Source: Clostridia bacterium (GTDB lineage Bacteria > Bacillota > Clostridia > UMGS1810). From it: a DNA stretch of 44,026 bases. The stretch spans positions 1 through 44,026 of the forward strand of contig JAFVSB010000155.1 in the NCBI GenBank assembly GCA_017503945.1. The letters are read 5' to 3'. Within the stretch, counting starts at the first letter, position 1. The number at the start of each line of letters is the position of its first letter. Position numbers and translations under genes: made by a program. The notes below the pieces were generated by a model that saw only the letters and a program-made list of their open reading frames with translations, searched no databases and was not told where the DNA came from. Shown here in pieces: positions 34,681 through 43,682 of the stretch.

Positions 34681-35536
34681 ATGCTTTGGGGATGTGTATT
34701 ATATATTCATAATATTCTTCAAATTCATTTTCTTCGGCATCGGCTTCGATGCCGTTTTTTTTCATCACATCGATGGCATGGCGCACAGTGTTCACAAAGA
34801 TTCTCACATCCTTGAGGCATCTTTTTTCGGCAAATGCTTTGATGTCTGATTTTTTCTTTATTTTTGCATTTATCATTTCATCCACAAGCTCATCGGTTTG
34901 CTGCACATTGAGGTTTTCGTCGGTAATGCGCTCAAGTGCCTTGATTTGCTTGTCTTCTGAGTCGAGCCTTAAAAGCGCTCTTGCATGCCTTTCGGTGAGG
35001 GCGTTGTCTTTTATTATTTCTCTCACAACAACGGGCAGCTTCAGAAGTCTCACCTTGTTTGCCACCGATGACTGAGTTTTGCCAAGGTGCTTTGCAAGCT
35101 CCTCTTGTGTGAATCCATGGTTGCACAAGAGGTTTCTGTAGGCCTCGGCTTCTTCCATAAAGCTCAGGTTTTCTCTCTGAATGTTTTCCACCAGTGCCAC
35201 CACTGCACTGTCGTTATCGCTCAAATTCACCACAATGGCGGGAATTTTTAGCATGCCTGCCATAGAGCAGGCTCTGAGGCGCCGCTCGCCTGCAATGAGC
35301 TCATAGTGGTCGGCGCGCAGCTTTCTCACCGTGATGGGCTGAATCACGCCGTATTTGCGAATGGAGTCGGCAAGCTCTGCAATAGAATCTGCATCAAAGC
35401 TTCGGCGCGGCTGATGGGGGTTGGCTACGATGGTGTGAATGGGAATCTGCACAATGCTCCTCTCTGTTTCTTTCACCTTGTATTGCTCGGTGTATGTTAT
35501 GGGCAAAGCTGATTTGAACTTTGCTATAAGGTCCAT
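34679..35536 (-). CDS. ParB/Noc-family DNA-binding protein (second paralog, no adjacent ParA)
   Basis: IVANPHQPRRSFDADSIAELADSIRKYGVIQPITVR and LIAGERRLRACSMAG (ParB box), then HTH FTQEELAKHLGKTQSSVANKVRLLKL. GAGGAGGA RBS precedes the ATG at 35536. Confidence 0.88.
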   Translation of the reverse strand: MDLIAKFKSALPITYTEQYKVKETERSIVQIPIHTIVANPHQPRRSFDADSIAELADSIRKYGVIQPITVRKLRADHYELIAGERRLRACSMAGMLKIPAIVVNLSDNDSAVVALVENIQRENLSFMEEAEAYRNLLCNHGFTQEELAKHLGKTQSSVANKVRLLKLPVVVREIIKDNALTERHARALLRLDSEDKQIKALERITDENLNVQQTDELVDEMINAKIKKKSDIKAFAEKRCLKDVRIFVNTVRHAIDVMKKNGIEADAEENEFEEYYEYIIHIPKA

Positions 35537-35863
35537 AAAATTTTTCCTCCTCATTGGTTTTATAATTTGTTTACCTACCAATCAAATTATATCATTGCCA
35601 AGAAAAAAAGTGAAACAAATTCGTTCGTTCAAATAAGACACCAAAGTTTATTTCCCGAGCCAAAGCGCAATTGCCCATGGCAGCTTTGGCGTGTTATTTT
35701 TGATTTCTGTCAGCTTTTGCGATGAAAACATGCGCAAATGAATAATTCACTCTATTTTGCATAAAACATGCATAAATATGCAAAAATCGTTGCCAAATAG
35801 CTAAATTTGGCGGTGTAAATATGGCAAAAATGTAAGAAAATGCATTATCTGTGCATAATCGTC

Positions 35864-35892
35864 TTGACAGCATAATAATAATGTGATAAACT
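35864..35892 (+). promoter_or_regulatory. Candidate sigma-A promoter of the amino-acid ABC transporter operon
   Basis: TTGACA (35864-35869), 17-nt spacer ending TGA, TAAACT (35887-35892). Confidence 0.45.
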
Positions 35893-35964
35893 TGTGTTCA
35901 TTAAGAAGGGAATTGGTTGTTTACATAGATTCCCACACAAAAATATTTTAGGAGGAAATCCAAA

Positions 35965-36717
35965 ATGAAAAAATTTCTTAAACTTTCATCAATCATTCTT
36001 GCTCTTGTAATGACAGTTTGCTGCTTTGCAGGCTGCTCTTCCAATGATGCAGAAAAATCAAATGTGCTCACCATGGCTACAAGCGCAGACTTCCCACCGT
36101 ATGAATACTACGAAAACGACGAAATCGTAGGTATTGATATCGAAATCATGAACGCAGTTTGTGAAATAATCGGCATGGAGCTCGAGCCTCAGGATATGAG
36201 CTTTGACTCAGTTATCGGCGCTGCACAGACAGGCAAAACCGACATCGCTATGAGCGGTATCACAATTACAGAAGACAGAAAGAACATGGTTGACTTCACA
36301 ATTCCTTACACATCAACTGCTCAGTCAATCATCGTAGTTTCCGGCGGTGAAATCAGCGAAAAAGCTGACCTTGAAGGCAAAAAAATCGGTGTTCAGATCA
36401 ACACAACAGGTGACACACAGGTTACAGAAGAATTTGGCGATGACGCTGTAGACCGCTTCCAGAACGGCGCTCTTGCAGTAGAAAGCCTCAAGAACGGTAA
36501 AGTTGACTGTGTAGTTATCGACGGCGAAGTTGCAAAAGCTCTTGTTGCTGCAAACGATGGCCTTGAAATTATTGCTGATGCATACTCAATCGAAGAATAT
36601 GCTATCGCTCTCAAAAAAGGCAACACAGAACTTCTTGACAAAATCAACTCTGCTCTCGAACAGCTTCTTGCAGACGGAACAATCGACACAATTATGGACA
36701 AATATATTGAAGAATAA
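35965..36717 (+). CDS. Polar amino-acid ABC transporter substrate-binding lipoprotein
   Basis: Signal peptide with a lipobox (CCFAGCSS) and family-3 SBP motifs (DFPPYEY, DIAMSGITITEDR). Confidence 0.9.
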   Translation: MKKFLKLSSIILALVMTVCCFAGCSSNDAEKSNVLTMATSADFPPYEYYENDEIVGIDIEIMNAVCEIIGMELEPQDMSFDSVIGAAQTGKTDIAMSGITITEDRKNMVDFTIPYTSTAQSIIVVSGGEISEKADLEGKKIGVQINTTGDTQVTEEFGDDAVDRFQNGALAVESLKNGKVDCVVIDGEVAKALVAANDGLEIIADAYSIEEYAIALKKGNTELLDKINSALEQLLADGTIDTIMDKYIEE

Positions 36718-36813
36718 TTCAGTATAATTTCTGCTATAAAACTTATAAAAGAGGTAGGATTCTATCTACCTCTTTTGTGATGTATATTCTAATTTTGAAA
36801 GGAATCGGTCAAT

Positions 36814-37527
36814 ATGACATTTAAGGAAAGATTTTTTCTTAATTTCATAAAAGATTCTCGTTGGCATTATCTTACCGACGGCCTTATTGTAACCCTTGAG
36901 GTCACCTTTTTTGCGGTGCTTCTCGGCATTTTGATAGGTGTTATAGTTGCCGCGGTGCGTTCTACCCACGATAAACTCATTGGAAACACAAAGTCTAAGT
37001 TTTCAAAATTTATACTCAAGTTTTTCAATTCTATTGCCAATGTTTATCTGACAGTAATCAGAGGTACACCTGTTACTGTTCAACTTATGATTGCATACTA
37101 CATAATCTTTGTTACTTCAAACAATAAAATTCTGGTTGCGGTACTTGCATTTGGTATCAACTCAGGTGCCTATGTTGCCGAAATCGTGCGTTCGGGCATT
37201 ATGAGCGTTGATGAAGGACAGTTTGAAGCAGGAAGAAGTCTTGGTTTTAACTATGTGCAAACAATGTTTCACATCGTTTTGCCACAGGCTTTTAAAAATG
37301 TGCTTCCTGCCCTTGCAAATGAATTTATAGTTCTTCTTAAAGAAACCTCTGTCAGCGGTTATGTTGCTCTTCAGGATCTCACAAGAGGCGGCGACATTAT
37401 CCGCGGAAGAACTTATGATGCATTTTTCCCGCTCCTTGCGGTAGCAGGAATTTATCTTATTATGGTAATGGCCTTTACTAAACTTGTATCCCTTCTTGAA
37501 AGGAGGCTTCGTAAGAGTGAGCGTTGA
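36814..37527 (+). CDS. Polar amino-acid ABC transporter permease
   Basis: HisM/GlnP-type permease with the EAA-like loop [22 protein letters not shown]. Confidence 0.9.
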   Translation: MTFKERFFLNFIKDSRWHYLTDGLIVTLEVTFFAVLLGILIGVIVAAVRSTHDKLIGNTKSKFSKFILKFFNSIANVYLTVIRGTPVTVQLMIAYYIIFVTSNNKILVAVLAFGINSGAYVAEIVRSGIMSVDEGQFEAGRSLGFNYVQTMFHIVLPQAFKNVLPALANEFIVLLKETSVSGYVALQDLTRGGDIIRGRTYDAFFPLLAVAGIYLIMVMAFTKLVSLLERRLRKSER

Positions 37528-38260
37528 TTTTTTAATTGAAACCAAAGATTTAAGCAAACACTATAACAAGGGCACGATAAAGGCGCTCGACGGAGTATCG
37601 GCAGGTATACAAAAAGGTGAGGTAGTCGTAGTTATAGGGCCTTCGGGCAGCGGAAAATCAACATTCTTGCGTTCTCTCAACCTTCTTGAAATGCCCACAT
37701 CGGGCAGTATAGTTTTTGAAGGCCACGAAATAACAGACCCCAAAGTAAACATAAACATTCACCGTCAGAAAATGGGCATGGTGTTTCAGCAGTTTAATCT
37801 TTTCCCTCACATGACCGTGCTCAAAAATATGACCCTTGCGCCCATGAAGCTTCTCAAAATGACCAAAGAAGAAGCCGAAGCCAAGGCAATGAAGCTTCTT
37901 GAAAGAGTAGGTCTTGCAGACAGGGCATCGGCGTATCCTTCTCAGCTTTCTGGCGGTCAGAAGCAGCGTGTGGCAATTGTGCGTGCTCTTTGCATGAACC
38001 CCGATGTTATGCTCTTCGATGAGCCCACCTCGGCTCTTGACCCCGAAATGGTAGGCGAGGTGCTCGATGTTATGAAAAGTCTTGCCAAAGAAGGCATGAC
38101 AATGGTAGTGGTAACTCACGAAATGGGCTTTGCCCGCGAGGTTGCCGACCGCGTCATCTTTATGGCAGAGGGCAAAATTGAGGAAGAAGGTACACCCGAA
38201 GAGATTTTCACCAATCCTCGCAATCCAAGAACACAGCAGTTCTTGCAAAGTATACTCTAA
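37517..38260 (+). CDS. Polar amino-acid ABC transporter ATP-binding protein
   Basis: GPSGSGKST Walker [16 protein letters not shown] signature and [11 protein letters not shown] Walker B. GTG 37517 lies 10 nt after AGGAGG and overlaps the permease 3' end. Confidence 0.9.
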   Translation: MSVDFLIETKDLSKHYNKGTIKALDGVSAGIQKGEVVVVIGPSGSGKSTFLRSLNLLEMPTSGSIVFEGHEITDPKVNINIHRQKMGMVFQQFNLFPHMTVLKNMTLAPMKLLKMTKEEAEAKAMKLLERVGLADRASAYPSQLSGGQKQRVAIVRALCMNPDVMLFDEPTSALDPEMVGEVLDVMKSLAKEGMTMVVVTHEMGFAREVADRVIFMAEGKIEEEGTPEEIFTNPRNPRTQQFLQSIL

Positions 38261-38264
38261 ACAC

Positions 38265-38297
38265 AAAAACAGATTGGCATTTTGCCAATCTGTTTTT
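38265..38297. terminator. Bidirectional terminator between the ABC ATPase gene and the convergent rluB unit
   Basis: AAAAACAGATTGGCA (38265-38279) pairs with TGCCAATCTGTTTTT (38283-38297). Confidence 0.9.
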
Positions 38298-38300
38298 AGT

Positions 38301-38690
38301 TTACTCACAATGTCCCGATGTAAAATATCCGTCAAGACAAAGGAAATATTTATAGCTTTTATCTGGCTTGCAATCTTCGGGCAGCTCATAGTCTATCTTG
38401 AACCTCAGCGAGGCAGCAAGCCTTTCGTCGAGATTATCTGCACACACATATCTCACTCCGCCAAGGTCAAGCATGTTAAGCAGTGCTTTACCTATGCCAA
38501 ATTCCAGGTTAAACATTTGGTATTCTTTTTTCATAGCTATGCCCGCAAGCACAGCATAGCCGTCATATATGCTCACAGCTCCTGCACCGAGCACCTCGCC
38601 CGAGTCGCTTGCAGCCATTGCCACGCTCGATGGGGGGAAGCCAAATTCCTCATACACACTTGCATCTTGAGTCTTTAATATTTCAATCAT
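38301..38690 (-). CDS. Hypothetical small protein, possibly GNAT-like fold
   Basis: 129-aa ORF whose start overlaps the rluB stop (ATGA). The weak acetyltransferase-like segment LAGIAMKKEYQMFNLEFGIGKALLN is the only hint. Confidence 0.45.
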   Translation of the reverse strand: MIEILKTQDASVYEEFGFPPSSVAMAASDSGEVLGAGAVSIYDGYAVLAGIAMKKEYQMFNLEFGIGKALLNMLDLGGVRYVCADNLDERLAASLRFKIDYELPEDCKPDKSYKYFLCLDGYFTSGHCE

Positions 38691-39424
38691 TTTTTCACAC
38701 CCTCGCTTTGTGCATTTTTGAGTATCAGATTAATTTCGGCATTTGACAGATGTCTCCATTTGCCAATTGGCAAGTTGCCAAGGGTGAGACCGCCCTCAAA
38801 TATGCGGCGAAGTCCCAGCACCTTAAAGCCTACCGCGCTGCACATTTTCCTCACCTGACGGTTACGCCCTTCGTGAATTGTGATGGTGAGCACTGCGCTG
38901 CCTTTGCCTGCTTCTGCTATATCCACCTTTGCAGGTGCAGTTCTTCGCCCGTCAATTACCACGCCGCCTTCAAGCAGCCTTATGGCCTTTGCCTTTGCCT
39001 TGCCTGTCACGAGCACCTCGTAGGTCTTGTCAAGCTTGTGCTTGGGGTGAGTTATTTTGTAGGTGAAGTCGCCGTCGTTGGAGAGCAAAAGGAGCCCCTC
39101 GGTGTTAAAATCGAGCCTGCCCACAGGGTAAACCCTTGCGTTTACATCACCGAGCAAATCCATAACGGTGGGTCTGCCCTGCTCGTCACTCACAGTGGTC
39201 ACATAGCCCACGGGTTTGTTGAGCATGATATACATTTTTTTGCTTTCGGGCTGCACGCGCGCTCCGTCAACGCACACCTCGTCACCCTCTGCCACTTTAG
39301 TGCCAAGCTCTGTTACTTTTTTGCCGTTCACAGTTACTCTGCCATCAGTTATTATTTGCTCAGCGGCTCTTCGTGATGCAACTCCCGAGAGCGCCAGATA
39401 TTTTTGAAGTCTCATTTCTTCCAT
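38687..39424 (-). CDS. rluB: Pseudouridine synthase, RsuA/RluB family, with N-terminal S4 domain
   Basis: MRLQKYLALSGVASRRAAEQIITDGRVTVNGK S4 domain and the catalytic GRLDFNTEGLLLLSNDG motif. Confidence 0.88.
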   Translation of the reverse strand: MEEMRLQKYLALSGVASRRAAEQIITDGRVTVNGKKVTELGTKVAEGDEVCVDGARVQPESKKMYIMLNKPVGYVTTVSDEQGRPTVMDLLGDVNARVYPVGRLDFNTEGLLLLSNDGDFTYKITHPKHKLDKTYEVLVTGKAKAKAIRLLEGGVVIDGRRTAPAKVDIAEAGKGSAVLTITIHEGRNRQVRKMCSAVGFKVLGLRRIFEGGLTLGNLPIGKWRHLSNAEINLILKNAQSEGVKK

Positions 39425-39568
39425 TGAAATTACCTCTGTTTTATATAATTGACTAACACTGCGACTATTCTATCACATTTTCTGGTGATTTACAACTTTA
39501 ATTATTGCATATTATCACTTTATTTGATATAATTGTATAAACACTTACAAATTTTAAGGAGAATTACC

Positions 39569-39862
39569 ATGAGCGAACAAAATTACAATCCCAATGAAGA
39601 AATCGAAACCATACTTCTTGATTTTGAAGGCGGCGAAGAATGTGAATGTGCTCCTGTGTGCATTTTTGAAGCAGGTGACAACGAATATATCGCACTCATT
39701 CCTGTAGATGCCGAAGAAGGCGAAGAAGAAGTATACATCTATCGTTTTTCCGAAGCAGACAACGGCGATTCGGTGATTGAAAACATCGAAGATGATGACG
39801 AATATGATGCAGCAGCCGATGCTTTTGATGCATGGGTTGATGCTCAGAGCGAAGAAGAATAA
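39569..39862 (+). CDS. DUF1292-family acidic small protein
   Basis: MSEQNYNPNEEIETILLDFEGGEE...EYIALIPVDAEEGEEEVYIYRF pattern typical of DUF1292. AAGGAGA RBS precedes ATG 39569. Confidence 0.7.
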   Translation: MSEQNYNPNEEIETILLDFEGGEECECAPVCIFEAGDNEYIALIPVDAEEGEEEVYIYRFSEADNGDSVIENIEDDDEYDAAADAFDAWVDAQSEEE

Positions 39863-39870
39863 AAAAACTC

Positions 39871-39899
39871 TTGACAAATATTTCTTGATGTATTATAAT
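39871..39899 (+). promoter_or_regulatory. Perfect-consensus sigma-A promoter of rpsF-ssb-rpsR
   Basis: TTGACA (39871-39876), 17 nt, TATAAT (39894-39899). Confidence 0.7.
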
Positions 39900-39905
39900 G
39901 ATAAG

Positions 39906-40000
39906 GCTGATTTTAAGGTCGATTTGTCAGCAGCCTTGATTTTTCAAGGCTCCTTGCTCCCGTTTCAGGGGGCCATAGTCCACAAGGAGGTGAAAACATT
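39906..40000 (+). promoter_or_regulatory. Structured 5' leader of rpsF (candidate S6:S18 autoregulatory leader)
   Basis: A ~95-nt leader with the hairpin AAGGCTG...CAGCCTT and a second helix ending at the AAGGAGG RBS. S6:S18 leaders are known upstream of rpsF in many bacteria. I cannot verify the motif without a covariance-model search. Confidence 0.4.
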
Positions 40001-40291
40001 ATGACAAATGTTATCAACAATTACGAAACTATTTTTGTTATCGATGCGTCTCTTCCCGAAGAGCAGATCACAGCTATTTCTGACAAGTTCAAAGCTATGA
40101 TCGAAGCTAACGGCACTGTAGAGTCTGTTGATGTATGGGGCAAAAGACGCCTTGCTTATCCTATTAACTACAAAACAGAAGGTTATTATGTTTTGGTTAA
40201 TTTTGCAAGCCAGGCAGAATTTGTCGCAGAGCTCGAGCGTGTTTATAACATCACCGATGGTTTGCTCAGAACAATCGTAATCAGAAAGTAA
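40001..40291 (+). CDS. rpsF: 30S ribosomal protein S6
   Basis: NNYETIFVIDASL...VDVWGKRRLAYPI signature. First gene of the rpsF-ssb-rpsR operon. Confidence 0.97.
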   Translation: MTNVINNYETIFVIDASLPEEQITAISDKFKAMIEANGTVESVDVWGKRRLAYPINYKTEGYYVLVNFASQAEFVAELERVYNITDGLLRTIVIRK

Positions 40292-40311
40292 TTTCGAGAG
40301 GTGATTAAGTT

Positions 40312-40752
40312 ATGAATAAGGCTATACTCGTTGGTCGCTTGACCAGAGATCCCGAGCTCAAAACCACAGGCAGCGGTACAAGCGTATGCTCGTTTACCGT
40401 TGCAGTAAACAGAAGATTCAAAAACGCTGAAGGCAACTATGATGCAGATTTTATAAGCTGCGTTGCCTGGAGACAGCAAGCAGAATTTCTGGCAAAATAT
40501 TTTGCCAAAGGAAGTATGGTAGGCTTAGTAGGCAGCATTCAGACCAGAAACTATGAAAAAGATGGTCAGAGAGTTTATGTTACTGAGGTTTCTTGTGACG
40601 AAATTCATTTCGTTGAAAGCAAGAGCCAGAGTGGCGACTCTTTCCAGAGAACTGCTCCTCAAGCTCCGCAGGCTCAGGCTCCGATTCCTTCGTTTGACAC
40701 AAATGACGGTTTTGCTCCGATGCCCGCAGCTGATGATGACCTGCCCTTCTAA
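40312..40752 (+). CDS. ssb: Single-stranded DNA-binding protein
   Basis: MNKAILVGRLTRDPELKTTGSGTSVCSFTVAVNRRF OB-fold and the acidic C-terminal tip DDDLPF. Confidence 0.97.
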   Translation: MNKAILVGRLTRDPELKTTGSGTSVCSFTVAVNRRFKNAEGNYDADFISCVAWRQQAEFLAKYFAKGSMVGLVGSIQTRNYEKDGQRVYVTEVSCDEIHFVESKSQSGDSFQRTAPQAPQAQAPIPSFDTNDGFAPMPAADDDLPF

Positions 40753-40774
40753 TTATTAAAAGGAGGTAACAAAA

Positions 40775-41011
40775 ATGGCTGAAGAAAAGAGTTTCCGCAG
40801 AAAACCCAAAAGAAAAGTTTGTGCTTTCTGTGCAGATAAAATTCAGGAAATCGATTATAAGGATATAGCAAAACTCAGAAGATATGTTTCTGAAAGAGCC
40901 AAAATTCTTCCCAGAAGAATCAGCGGCAACTGTGCTAAACACCAGAGACAGCTCACAATTGCTATCAAAAGAGCAAGACACATCGCTCTTTTGCCTTTCA
41001 CAGCTGAATAA
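40775..41011 (+). CDS. rpsR: 30S ribosomal protein S18
   Basis: [61 protein letters not shown]. Confidence 0.97.
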   Translation: MAEEKSFRRKPKRKVCAFCADKIQEIDYKDIAKLRRYVSERAKILPRRISGNCAKHQRQLTIAIKRARHIALLPFTAE

Positions 41012-41019
41012 TAAAACCA

Positions 41020-41050
41020 AAAGCTCTCGCAAATGCGGGAGCTTTTATTA
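41020..41050 (+). terminator. Intrinsic terminator after rpsR
   Basis: AAAGCTCTCGC (41020-41030), loop AAAT, GCGGGAGCTTT (41035-41045), followed by TTATTAT. Confidence 0.8.
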
Positions 41051-41372
41051 TATTTCACAACAAATTCAGGCTGTTTAAAAGGGGTGAAATCTATATCTTG
41101 TGTCGCCCAAAAAGCATACCCACAAAATATATTTTTTGTGAGTATTTTACAGACTTTTGTTGTGCAAGTTGTATAGTTTTTACCAAAAAAACACTTTGTC
41201 ACGCTAAAAAACAGCTCTAATCCTTGCCAAAAGTGGGTTTGGAGCGGTTTTTGGGTGCAAAAATACCGTCATTTTGCACATATAAAGCGGTTGACGCGCC
41301 TGTGTCAATTGTGGGTATTTCACGAAATTTTCAAAAAATGACTTGTAAGGCTTTTTTAGGTAAATATTACTC

Positions 41373-41401
41373 TTGAAAAAATGCCCCAAATGTAATAAAA
41401 T
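41373..41401 (+). promoter_or_regulatory. Sigma-A type promoter of the S10 ribosomal-protein operon
   Basis: TTGAAA (41373-41378), 17 nt, TAAAAT (41396-41401). Confidence 0.55.
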
Positions 41402-41407
41402 AGCCTA

Positions 41408-41653
41408 TGTGTGGCATGACAGACGATGAAGCGGGAGGTTACCGGCTGCCCCAAAGCGGCCAATTTCCGTGGAGAATGTCCGGGTCCAGAATCCGGGCGG
41501 CAAGGTCACAGTGAATACCTACTCGTACTATGCCCCGGTATCCTTGTGCCGGGTTTTAATATGAGGCGGTATGACACACACGGGTGTGTGTGAACTGTTT
41601 TTATGACTGCCGATATGGCACCGAAAATCAAATTATGTTAGGAGGTACTATCA
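41408..41653 (+). promoter_or_regulatory. ~245-nt GC-rich structured leader of the S10 operon with two hairpin/U-run attenuator-like elements
   Basis: The segment is visibly GC-rich compared with its AT-rich flanks. Hairpin 41534-41553 is followed by TTTT. Hairpin ACACACA-CGGG-TGTGTGT (41574-41591) is followed by TTTTT at 41598-41602. Confidence 0.45.
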
Positions 41654-41968
41654 ATGGCTAAAAGTCAGAAAATCAGAATCAAGCTCAAAGCTTACGATCA
41701 CCAGTTAATCGATCAGTCTGCAAAGAAAATCGTTGAGACTGCCGAAAGAACAGGTGCAAAGGTTGCAGGTCCTATTCCACTGCCCACCAAAAAAGAGATT
41801 GTTACAATCCTCAGAGCTGTACACAAATACAAAGACAGCCGTGAGCAGTTTGAAATGAGAACTCACAAAAGACTCATTGACATCTTAGAACCCACAGCCA
41901 AGACCATCGACACGCTTCTTAAAATATCTCTCCCCGCAGGTGTAGATATTGAAATCAAGCAGGTTTGA
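41654..41968 (+). CDS. rpsJ: 30S ribosomal protein S10
   Basis: [40 protein letters not shown]. Confidence 0.98.
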   Translation: MAKSQKIRIKLKAYDHQLIDQSAKKIVETAERTGAKVAGPIPLPTKKEIVTILRAVHKYKDSREQFEMRTHKRLIDILEPTAKTIDTLLKISLPAGVDIEIKQV

Positions 41969-42080
41969 TGAAGATGAGCAGAAATTGATTCTGCCATGGT
42001 TGCTGTCTCATCCTAAGGCAGCAGGTCATGTTGGAGCACCTTAAGCTTCAACCAATAACCAAATATAGGAGGAAAAAAGA

Positions 42081-42710
42081 ATGCAAAAAGCAATTATAGG
42101 TAAGAAACTCGGAATGACTCAGCTTTTTACAGAAGACGGCACAGTAATTCCCGTTACAGTTATTGAAGCCGGCCCGGTTGCAGTTGTTCAGAAAAAGACA
42201 GTTGAAAACGACGGCTACAATGCTATTCAGGTTGGTTTTGAAGATTGCAAGGACTCTTCTTTAAACAAACCTCTCAAAGGTCATCTTGCAAAAGCAGGAG
42301 TTGCAGGCAAAAAACATCTCAAAGAGTTCAGACTCGAGGATGACAGTGCTTACAATGTAGGTGATGAAATCAAAGCAGATGTTTTTGCAGCAGGCGAAAA
42401 GGTTGATGTAACAGGCATCAGCAAAGGTCACGGCTTTGCCGGCACAGTAAAAAGATGGGGCACCCACAGAGGTCCTATGACACATGGTTCCGGTTATCAC
42501 AGAGGTGTTGGTTCCATGGGCGCTTGCTCCACACCGTCCAGAGTTATGAAAAACAAGAGACTTCCCGGTCACATGGGCGTAGAGCAGGTTACAGTTCAGA
42601 ACTTAGATGTTGTTAAGGTAGACGCCGAGAAAAACATTATTCTCGTTAAAGGTGCCATCCCCGGCCCCAAAGGCGGTATCGTAACAATCAGAAATACAGT
42701 AAAAGCATAA
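42081..42710 (+). CDS. rplC: 50S ribosomal protein L3
   Basis: [27 protein letters not shown]...[19 protein letters not shown]. Confidence 0.98.
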   Translation: MQKAIIGKKLGMTQLFTEDGTVIPVTVIEAGPVAVVQKKTVENDGYNAIQVGFEDCKDSSLNKPLKGHLAKAGVAGKKHLKEFRLEDDSAYNVGDEIKADVFAAGEKVDVTGISKGHGFAGTVKRWGTHRGPMTHGSGYHRGVGSMGACSTPSRVMKNKRLPGHMGVEQVTVQNLDVVKVDAEKNIILVKGAIPGPKGGIVTIRNTVKA

Positions 42711-42738
42711 GTGAATTCTAAGAAAGGAGGACTAACTA

Positions 42739-43362
42739 ATGCCTAAATTAGCTTTATATAATATGGAAGGTAGCAAGGTTGGCGATATCGAAGTATCCGA
42801 TGCAATCTTCGCTCACGAAATAAACAAAGTAGCGCTTCATCAGGTTGTTGTGAACTATCTGGCAAACCAGAGACAGGGCACACAGAGCACCAAAACCCGT
42901 TCTGAAGTACGCGGCGGCGGCATCAAACCCTGGAGACAGAAAGGTACAGGCCGTGCTCGTCAGGGTTCAATCAGAGCTCCCCAGTGGATCAAAGGCGGTA
43001 TTGCTCTCGGTCCCAAGCCCAGAGATTACAGCTACTCTGTAAACAAGAAGCTCAAAAAAGTTGCTATGGTTTCTGCTCTTAGTGCAAAATGCGCTGAAAA
43101 TGAAATCATCGTAGTAGACAATATCGCTCTTGAAGAAATCAAGACAAAGAAAATAGCAGAAATGCTCAAAAATCTTAAGGTTGAGTCCAAGGCTCTCATT
43201 GTTACAAACGAGAAAAATGACAATGTTGTTAAGTCTGCCAAAAACATCAAAGGCGTAACCACCACATTCATGGGTAGCCTCAATGTATATGACATCCTTA
43301 ACCACGATGTTATGGTTGTAGCAAAAGATGCCATTTCCAAGATTGAGGAGGTGTACGCATAA
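42739..43362 (+). CDS. rplD: 50S ribosomal protein L4
   Basis: [39 protein letters not shown]. Confidence 0.98.
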   Translation: MPKLALYNMEGSKVGDIEVSDAIFAHEINKVALHQVVVNYLANQRQGTQSTKTRSEVRGGGIKPWRQKGTGRARQGSIRAPQWIKGGIALGPKPRDYSYSVNKKLKKVAMVSALSAKCAENEIIVVDNIALEEIKTKKIAEMLKNLKVESKALIVTNEKNDNVVKSAKNIKGVTTTFMGSLNVYDILNHDVMVVAKDAISKIEEVYA

Positions 43363-43652
43363 TGACAAACCACGATATCATTATTAAACCTATCGTTTCC
43401 GAAAAAAGTATGGATCAGTTAGCAGACAGAAAGTACACCTTTAAGGTAGCCCTCGGTGCTAACAAAATCGAGATCAAAAAAGCTGTAGAAGAAATCTTCG
43501 GCGTTACAGTTGAAAAGGTTACTACAGTAAGAGTTCTCGGCAAAGTTAAAAGAATGGGCGCCACTTCCGGTAAAAGAGCTGATTGGAAAAAAGCAATCGT
43601 TAAGCTCACAGAAGGAAGCAAGACAATCGAATTTTTCGATGGAATGGCGTAA
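43362..43652 (+). CDS. rplW: 50S ribosomal protein L23
   Basis: [23 protein letters not shown]...[15 protein letters not shown]. The ATG overlaps the rplD TAA. Confidence 0.97.
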   Translation: MTNHDIIIKPIVSEKSMDQLADRKYTFKVALGANKIEIKKAVEEIFGVTVEKVTTVRVLGKVKRMGATSGKRADWKKAIVKLTEGSKTIEFFDGMA

Positions 43653-43682
43653 TGAAATTTTAAGTTAGGAGAGTGAAAAGGA

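Noticed and set aside
37658-38389. 243-aa minus-strand ORF
   Set aside because: It is antisense to the ABC ATPase gene, runs through the bidirectional terminator at 38265-38297, and has no recognisable domain. Shadow ORF.
38750-39376. 208-aa + strand ORF
   Set aside because: It is antisense to the pseudouridine synthase gene. It has no RBS and no motifs.
41440-41500. RNase P-like (GGAGAATGTCCGGG) and SRP Alu-like (AAGCGGGAGGTTACCGG) strings in the S10 leader
   Set aside because: These are short partial resemblances only. The region is too short for RNase P, lacks the ACAGAA...GGCTTA P4 partner, and lacks the SRP domain IV GGAAGCAGC motif.
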